From: Neoechinorhynchus agilis
Taxonomy: Eukaryota > Animalia > Acanthocephala
DNA length: 64,000 bases
Assembly: GCA_051530055.1 (NCBI GenBank)
Contig: CM121341.1
Span: 11,262,784-11,326,783, forward strand
Direction of reading: 5' to 3'
Below, in pieces: positions 61,601-64,000 of the stretch. How positions within the stretch are numbered: position 1 is the stretch's first letter; the number at the start of each line of letters is the position of its first letter. The notes under the pieces are model-generated. The model was given only the letters and a program-made list of their open reading frames with translations. It was not told where the DNA came from and made no database searches. The translations under genes were made by a program, and so were the position numbers.

Positions 61601-62650
61601 AATCCTCAATTGGCGATGATCGTAAGCCGTAATGAACAAATCTGAATAGAATAATATTAAACGTGACGTCACGAATAAATCCCCAATTTGAGATAAACTC
61701 AAACGACAACAAACGAGCCTGAATAGGATAATATTATACGTGACGTCACGAATGAATAAATACTAAATTGGCGATAAACTCAAACGGCAAAAAACGAATC
61801 TGAATAGAATAATATTAAACGTGACGTCACGAATGAATAAATCAGAAATTGGCGATGAACTCAAACCGTAATAAAAACATATTTGAATGGAATAATATTT
61901 AAAATGACGTAACGAATGAATAAATCCCATATTGGCAATGATCTTAAGCCGTATTGAACGAATCTGAATAGAATAATATTCAAGATGACGTTACGAACGA
62001 GTAAATCCCCAATTGGTGACAAACACAATCGATAATAAGCGAGTCTGAATAAGATAATATTCAACGTGACGTCACGAATGAATAAATCCTCAATTGGCGA
62101 TGATCGTAAGCCGTAATGAACAAATCTGAATAGAATAATATTAAACGTGACGTCACGAATAAATCCCCAATTTGAGATAAACTCAAACGACAACAAACGA
62201 GCCTGAATAGGATAATATTATACGTGACGTCACGAATGAATAAATACTAAATTGGCGATAAACTCAAACGGAAAAAACGAATCTGAATAGAATAATATTA
62301 AACGTGACGTCACGAATGAATAAATCAGAAATTGGCGATGAACTCAAACCGTAATAAAAACATATTTGAATGGAATAATATTTAAAATGACGTAACGAAT
62401 GAATAAATCCCATATTGGCAATGATCTTAAGCCGTATTGAACGAATCTGAATAGAATAATATTCAAGATGACGTTACGAACGAGTAAATCCCCAATTGGT
62501 GACAAACACAATCGATAATAAGCGAGTCTGAATAAGATAATATTCAACGTGACGTCACGAATGAATAAATCCTCAATTGGCGATGATCGTAAGCCGTAAT
62601 GAACAAATCTGAATAGAATAATATTTAAAATAACGTCACGAATGAATAAA
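58660..62650. repeat. 81-bp satellite (~48 units) with higher-order structure
   Basis: Unit TGACGTCACGAATGAATAAATCCCCAATTGG-(variable ~25 nt)-AACGAATCTGAATAGAA.AATATT.AAA. A 483-bp six-unit superperiod is seen in the right half and a ~323-bp four-unit period in the left half. Confidence 0.97.
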
Positions 62651-63663
62651 TCAGAAATTTGCAATGGAGATTGTACACACACATTTGCGTAGACTTGAAC
62701 AACAGTTTACAAAAAATTGGTGTCGTCCATACCAACAATAATTGGTGTCGTACTTTGGGTGTGGAAATTGCTGTGAAATTCAAAAAAATTTAATTGAAAA
62801 AGTAACAATCTGAAACGAAGTACACTAATTTCCTTGTCGATCTCAGATTTCACAATATAAAGCGTTTAAATGTGCTTAATCCATTTGTTCTTTCATATAT
62901 TCAAGATCGATGACGTAACATTACTCAAAAGTATACGTTAGCGACGTCATTATCCGTTTCTTTTTGTGAGTATTTATTCTGCACCAAATCTGCTTGTGTA
63001 CATGCTGCAAAAATCCTCTTCATCACCGAATGTTTAATCACTACTTGCTAATGGATCAGCTGATTGACTAAACTCATCGATGGCGCAATTCAGAATCATT
63101 TGTTTTGAATTCGGGAAGAATTCCAATATTGCGTCTGTTTACGTCGTCCACATATTGTATCGTTTTACCATTTCTGCGGGCAAGGATTATGAAGTTTCAG
63201 CGTGCTAACAATCCGGTGGGTCCATTAGTATAATCCTTTTTATGGCGAATTATAATAATTGATTTATTAAGGCCTACGCGAAGACCAAAAATTATCAAAT
63301 TAATCAACTATTATAATTCGTTATAGAAAAGTAAATGATGAACATCTTTACAATATTGGCATAACGACGCACTGATTACAAAATGTTTATCAATTTCCTA
63401 ATGTTAACTGCGTACACCGTGAAAAACAAGTTAATTGTTTATGAATAAAGCAATTAATGTGGTGATAATTGCTGTCGACAAGAAAGAACATTCTTATGAT
63501 TATAATGTTGATTGTCTTGCGAATTAGCACTAGGGAGCTATTTCTCTGCTTAATTTTGTGTGCAAGTTTCGACTCTCTTTTAATTCTCCTTCCACATAAA
63601 CGCGTATTTTTTGTTTTAGGAAAAAAATTTACAGAATATACCATAAATATCAAAATAATTCGT

Positions 63664-63975
63664 TTTTGAGAAGTGTCTAACACATTTTAAAGAAGCGCTA
63701 GATCTTTACTTTAGTCTTAAGATTTCACTCCATTTTTTAATCGACCGATATTTCTTATGATTATGCAATCGATTTAGGATTTTATAAGCAACTTAAAACC
63801 CCATAATTTTCAAAACAATTTATTTTGAAAAGTGTCGGACACATTTTAGAGAAGCGCTAAATCTTTACTTAAGTCTTAAAATTTAACTCCATTTTTTAAT
63901 CGACCGATATTTTTAATGATTAAGCAATCGATTTAGGATTTTTTAGGCAACTTAAAACCCCATAATTTTCAAAAC
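63664..63975 (+). repeat. 159-bp tandem duplication
   Basis: AAGTGTC...ACACATTTTA.AGAAGCGCTA.ATCTTTACT...AATCGACCGATATTT...CTTAAAACCC occurs at 63671 and 63830. Confidence 0.85.
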
Positions 63976-64000
63976 TCACAAACTGTTATATGCCTTGCCG

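Noticed and set aside
58660-62650. CRISPR-like pattern (constant segment plus variable segment)
   Set aside because: The variable segments are homologous to each other and recur in order. There are no cas genes and the context is eukaryotic.
58670-62682. Hydrophobic 27-aa-period ORFs on the minus strand of the satellite
   Set aside because: They are a by-product of an 81-bp (3n) unit without stops. Frames are broken repeatedly by non-triplet indels, and most use non-ATG starts.

Overview
Gene-dense, AT-rich eukaryotic DNA, apparently from a compact metazoan genome. The metazoan call is inferred from an LRR-Ig-TM receptor, a class-A GPCR-like gene, a MASK/ANKHD1-like gene and a trypsin; the species cannot be determined. 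Recognisable genes: a 4-TM MARVEL-like protein, MASK/ANKHD1-like ankyrin protein, trypsin-family protease, LRR-Ig-TM protein, GPCR-like protein, glycyl-tRNA synthetase, Ap4A hydrolase (NUDT2), SLC17 transporter, exosome RRP40, an 8x86-aa repeat protein and HACD. Between them lie foldback MITE-like palindromes, decayed LINEs, a SINE-like element and two large tandem arrays (423-bp and 81-bp units). Most introns are ordinary GT-AG and 43-53 nt long. Main discovery: six conserved genes (ankyrin, trypsin, GlyRS, NUDT2, SLC17, HACD) each carry an interruption that no GT/GC-AG splice can remove in a way that restores the family sequence. All six can be drawn as A...T|A. Five are flanked by a duplicated TA, and the shorter ones fold into hairpins, several with G:U pairs. 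Precise removal leaving one TA restores the family consensus sequence. This suggests a non-canonical TA-bounded hairpin intron class (introner-like) or IES-like DNA excision. All splice models are manual reconstructions without transcript data.
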